From Vitrella brassicaformis CCMP3155 (taxonomy: Eukaryota > Protista > Chromerida), in assembly GCA_001179505.1 (NCBI GenBank), contig CDMY01000392.1, forward strand, positions 1-64,000: 64,000 nt of DNA, written 5' to 3'. The notes under the pieces were generated by a model. It did not search any database and was not told the origin of the DNA. It was given only the letters and a program-made list of their open reading frames with translations. Below, piece after piece: positions 59,423-64,000 of the stretch. Position numbers and translations under genes: made by a program. How positions within the stretch are numbered: the first letter of the stretch is position 1; each line of letters opens with the position of its first letter.

Positions 59423-61302
59423 ATGGGGTGCATAGCGTCGGTGCCTCAGGACCAAGCGGCCATCACCGAACGGTTCGGCAAGTTCGACAAAGTGGCCGAG
59501 CCGGGGTGCCTCTGCCTCCCTGTCCCCTGCATATGGTGGGCCACCAGCAGCAGCAATGATGTACCACTCATCGTCATTGTGGTTGTTGCGGTTTGTGTGT
59601 CGTGTTTGCATCTCGGTGACGTCAGTCGCGTGGCAGGTATGGTGTCGCTGCGAGTGCAGGAGGTGCCGGTGGTGGTGACGACCTACACCAAGGACAAGGT
59701 GTCGGTGCGCATCACCGTCAACGTCCAGTACATGGCCATTCAGGACCCCAAATACCTCTATGAAGGTCAGTAAGGCAGGCACCATCAGCGGCGTGGCGTG
59801 ATGGGGGGTATGGTAGATCTATCCCCTAGCTGACTGTCCTGTCTGTGCTGCTGCAGCGTATTACAAGCTGACGAGTCCCAGCGGACAGTGAGCATCTGCC
59901 AACAAAGGCAAACATGCACACACCCGTCGCATGAGTGTGTGTGTTGTGTGTTTAGGATCATGTCTTATGTGGACGATGCAGTTCGTTCGATGGTGCCCCA
60001 CTCGCTGGAGCTGGACGAGCTCTTCGAGGCCAAGGGGCAGGTGGCACAGCACGTCGAAAAGTCACTCGCATCGGTCAGACAGACAGACAGGGGAAAGAGG
60101 CCAAGGAGGGAGGGAGGGAGGGAGGGAGAAAAGAGGGCACTCTCTCCCATGCCGGACGGGTGTGTGTGTTTAGGAGATGGAGACGTACGGTTACAAGATC
60201 GTGGCTGCGTTGGTCACCAATGTCGAGCCCGACGAAACCGTCAGGCAGTCCATGAACGAGGTCGGTACACGACACAGGCACCCATTCATCCGCTGTCATG
60301 AATTCATACCCCCGTCCGTCGTGTGTGTGTCTGTCGTGTGTGTGTCAGATCAACGCCAACAAGCGTCTGCGTCAGGCGGCCCAGGAGCGGGCAGAGGCGC
60401 AGAAGTACATGACGGTCAAACACGCTGAGGCCAACGCTGAGAGCACCTACCTGCAGGTAACTAGGACGCACAACACGCGACAAATGACGCATGGCTGTCT
60501 GCCTACGTGTGTGTGTGTGTGTGTGTGTAGGGTGAGGGCATCGCTCGTCAGCGCAAGGCGATAGTTGACGGCCTCAAGAGCTCGGTGGAGGACTTCAAAG
60601 ACTCCATCCAAGATATGAGCGCAAAGGTCAGTCAGTCGGCTGGCCAATCCAATGCGCACACACGGCCGGCACGCGCACAAGCACAGAGATCCATATGTCG
60701 TCTCGACGTGTGCCTCACGTGTGTGTGCGTGCAGGAGGTGTTGGATCTGATGCTCGTGACGCAGTACTTCGACACCATCAAAGACCTCGGACACGGCGGC
60801 GTAAGCCAAGTCACCACAGAACAGAACAGACACACCGACACACGCAAATCGATCCATCCCATCTGTGTGTCCCCCCTTGTGTGCCAACACCCCCCACCCC
60901 ACCCAGGGGACGAGTTTGGTGTTGACCAACAAGCGTGGGAAAGCGTTCGACGCGGAGGGCATGAAGGGCATCATGAACAAGGCTGCTGCGGCCGCCAACG
61001 CCTCCTCGGCCGCACCGAGGTAGCCAGCCAGCCCACTCATACCTTACCACCATCAGATAGACAGGTGATCTGATCTTTCTCGCCAGCCACAATATATTCA
61101 ATGCATCGACAGACACGTATTTCTGTGTGCTGTGCTTGGTGTGTGTGTGTGGTGTGTGGTGTGCAGAGTGCCCCGTGCTGCTGGCGATCGTAGTGAAGAG
61201 GCTGTTGCTGTGGATGTAGCCGAGGAGCAGACGCAGGCTCCCAGGGCCGGCTTCATGGGCTCCCTCATGTTCGGTGGCGGGGGAGCGGGGCGTGGCAAGT
61301 GA
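59423..61302 (+). CDS. SPFH/band-7 protein of the hypersensitive-induced reaction (HIR) type
   Basis: MGCIASVPQDQAAITERFGKF; VAGMVSLRVQE; TKDKVSV; AYYKLT; NEINANKRLR.AA.ERAEA.K...[43 protein letters not shown]. Confidence 0.93.
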
Positions 61303-61563
61303 GTGTGTGGGTCACCGGTGGCTGTCTTGTGTACAGTCGTTTGTGGGGTGGTTGTGTATTATCAGTAGTGGTTAGTATCCAGCATACCGATTGATATGTT
61401 CCTGTCTGTCTGTCTGTTTGTTTGGTTGTCTGTGTTTTTCAATGTGGGCGGCCTCAGCGCGCTGCGGTGCGATTCACACGAGTGATTCACACGTTCCCTC
61501 CTTGGTGCAGTGCATTCCATGCATGGATCCGATCCGTTTGTGGGACTCCATGGTCGGTCGGTT

Positions 61564-63024
61564 TCACTTCTTTGTTTTCTCGAGTTCCTGCACCGCAGCC
61601 ACAGAGAGACAGTCACACACACACACACACAGGCACCCGATGTGTTGGCACTATGACCGACTGACCGCAATTCTGGCGTCCATTTGCTGCTGCCTCGTCT
61701 GCAGCTTCTCCTCTAGCTGAGCCGACATCTCTGCCACCTGCATGGAACCAACCCACACACACACGGCCCCTCTCCATGCATCATGAACACACGCACGGAC
61801 GCCCATCTCTCCCACTTTTCTCCTGACGATCTCGGCCAACATGGGGTCGCTCGGCAGCTCGGGCTCTGCAGCAGACACAGACATACACACGAGACACCTG
61901 CAAACACTTCGCTCACCAGGGATGGTCTCGTCTTTGTGCTGTGTCTCTTCAGATGGCTCCTCAGGGGCACCCTCGGCAGCAGCGGCAGCAGATGGCTGCT
62001 CCTGGGACACAAGACAATGAGACACTCGGCACGTCGCAAAGATGATTTGTCGATTTTCTTGTAGTTCACCTCCTGAGTGGCGGCTTGTGTGGTCGGCTGC
62101 TGTGGGGGTGTCACCTCGACCGCATCAGCCAGAGGGGGTGGGGGGAACGGCTGACAACACACATGAGGACTCACGCAACGGAAGCATGTGTGTGTGTGTG
62201 TGTCTCTGACGCTGTCTACTGTGTGTCAGGTTAGGTCAGTCACCTTTTCCACTTCGAGTTCCATCTCGACCACCTCCAGCTCTCGAGGATACACAAGGCA
62301 GTACTGATACAACTTGTAATGCTTGAAATACCTGCACACAGCAGACAGACACCTGCACCTGTCTGTCTGTCGGTCTGTCTGTCGGTCGGTCTGTCTGTCT
62401 GTGTCTCCTTCATCCTTTCCTGACGTACGTGTCGGTGGCGAATTTGGTCAGCAGCTTCGCCTCAGGGACAGAAAAGACGCCGAGAGAGTTGGGCGGGGCC
62501 TCGAGTGAGTGATGCAGCATGCTCTCCTGGAAGACCTTGAAGGCCTCATCCACCGTGAGCCGCCCCCCACGGTACTCACTCGTCTGCGCGACGAGAGGGC
62601 GTTCATGCCATCCAGGCTGCGTGTGGTCTCTCTGGTAACGCGCCTGCGATGGGTTCTGCATGGCATCGAGGACCTTCTTCATGACAGCGACAAAGACAGC
62701 AGCCTTCTCGGCGCTTAGACACAGCTCCTCGCAATACCTACACACACAAGAGCATTGTCAGGCAGAGAAAGATCTCACTGCAGTGCAAGCATGGACATAC
62801 CCAATGTGGAAGTGATGAAAGTCCACCATCACAGGGGCCCTCGAGTCCTTGGCCACGTCTGCCGCCGTCAGCCCCAGCATCTCCGTCAGCTGCTCCTTCT
62901 GCTCGTACACGTCTTTGCATGACCAAAGGGCGGAGATGTCCTCCTTCGTGAGCAACAGCTGTAGCCCTGTTGAGAGGGTGGTGGGCTCTTCTTGCTCGGC
63001 ATCGGCGACGCCTTCCTCTGCCAT
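61564..63024 (-). CDS. Flagellar C1a-32/CLAMP-domain protein (CFAP119/CABCOCO1-like)
   Basis: VMVDFHHFHIG.YCEELCLSAEKAAVFV; EAFKVFQESMLHHSLEAPPNSLGVFSVPEAKLLTKFATDT.YFKHYKLYQY; C-terminal coiled coil. Confidence 0.8.
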
Positions 63025-63218
63025 TTCTTTTTTTCGCGCAAAGACTGGGGGCCAGGAGAAGCGTCTCGGCCGCCCCTGCCGTTGCAATCTCTGTAGCCTT
63101 TTCTCTCTTTCCGCAGCCCCCGTAGCTTTTTCTCTCCTTACCACCTGCTGTAGCGCAGCACCCAGCCCTTTGGTCCGGTGTGGAGTTTTTAGTCATTTCT
63201 ACTGTAGGCAAGAAGAGG

Positions 63219-64000
63219 ATGGGCACCTGCATCTCCAAGGGTGGGAAGGACAAGGTGCAGCCGCTGGCCATCAAGCCCGAGGCGGCCACCCCCATCCCCC
63301 TCACCGCCGCGCCCTCCAAGTCCTCCCTCAAGAAGGCCTCCAAGAGCAACCTCACCACCACCTCACCCCCTGGCCGCTCAAAGAGCCACGGCGCGGCCTC
63401 TGCGCGCAAGGCCCACGCCGCTGCGATGCTCGAGAGGCACCGCGTGAGCTTCCACCACGACTCGCTGGACGAGCCGAATGTGGAGTCCTACTTCATGCCC
63501 GGCCAGAGCTCATCCTATGAGCAGGAGCATCCCCTCAGCCCCACCACAGCCACATCGGAGAGGGACAACAGGCGGTGTTCCACTGACAGCGAGGGGCTCG
63601 TCAAGGCGCGGGCGTCCATCGCCTTGTCCATCTCGAGGAAGGACGACCCAGACAGAGGCTCCCCCGAGCAGCCCAAGAGGAGAGACACCCTCACCAACCT
63701 CGCGGCGCGACCAGAACACCACTTCAGCCCGCGGCAATCCATCCAGATCGGCTCCCTCGAGTCACTAAGACGGCGAAGCTTTGCACTGCTCAAGTCTCTG
63801 AGCGGTGCTGGACTGGACCGTCCGTCCGTCGGCGAGAGGACGTTCTCTGCCTTCAAGTATAAGGCGAAGGGTGAGTTGCCGAGGGTGGTGTTTCAGCCGA
63901 CAACGCACTTGCTGGATGTGGTGATTGAGGCGGCGCCGTTTCGGGAAGGCGACGATTTTGACTTTTACAGGATGATGTTTGACGACAGAGTGAGCAAGGA
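63219..64000 (+). CDS. 5' part of an uncharacterised protein with an MGxC acylation motif; ORF runs off the window
   Basis: MGTCISKGGKDKVQP...RHRVSFHH... The GC3-rich frame stays open to the window end, so it is absent from the ORF track. Confidence 0.75.
   Translation, partial: MGTCISKGGKDKVQPLAIKPEAATPIPLTAAPSKSSLKKASKSNLTTTSPPGRSKSHGAASARKAHAAAMLERHRVSFHHDSLDEPNVESYFMPGQSSSYEQEHPLSPTTATSERDNRRCSTDSEGLVKARASIALSISRKDDPDRGSPEQPKRRDTLTNLAARPEHHFSPRQSIQIGSLESLRRRSFALLKSLSGAGLDRPSVGERTFSAFKYKAKGELPRVVFQPTTHLLDVVIEAAPFREGDDFDFYRMMFDDRVSK

Noticed and set aside
63030-63045. TTTCGCGC E2F-like site in the last divergent promoter
   Set aside because: A single short match is expected by chance.
1-64000. 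tRNA, rRNA, snoRNA, transposase or reverse-transcriptase genes
   Set aside because: I recognised no cloverleaf, rRNA-like sequence, convincing C/D boxes or DDE/RT motifs by eye; covariance-model searches were not run.

Overview
Intron-rich, GC-rich eukaryotic genomic DNA. Introns are short and packed with (CA/GT)n, (CAGA)n and (GGAT)n microsatellites; with the flagellar genes, this best fits a chromerid alveolate such as Vitrella brassicaformis (inferred from sequence style, not a database match). I assembled about 24 spliced gene models by hand from splice signals and reading-frame phase. Recognisable conserved genes: monothiol glutaredoxin GRX5, RPL9, SF3A3/PRP9, DRC3, a Qa syntaxin, an alpha/beta hydrolase, a HIR-type SPFH protein and a CFAP119/C1a-32-like flagellar protein. 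Accessory material lies between them. (1) At 15.7-23.6 kb, a tandem array of five or more secreted pre-pro-peptide genes (signal peptide, acidic pro-region, RR-x-L/RRLQ site, variable Cys-rich mature part) with module shuffling; one predicts a 16-aa four-Cys peptide ending in Gly and one carries a GPGE(Q/R/P) repeat tail. This is the best candidate for an undescribed system. (2) At 37.7-52 kb, two paralogous U-box genes flank a secreted LpxH-like metallophosphoesterase, with palindromic telomere-like motifs upstream of gene starts. (3) Three F-box/LRR-like genes, each with an apparent frame lesion. Most genes sit in tight head-to-head pairs. I saw no tRNA, rRNA, CRISPR array or recognisable transposase. 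A 300-N gap lies at 32432-32731. Gene coordinates are hand-derived and span introns.
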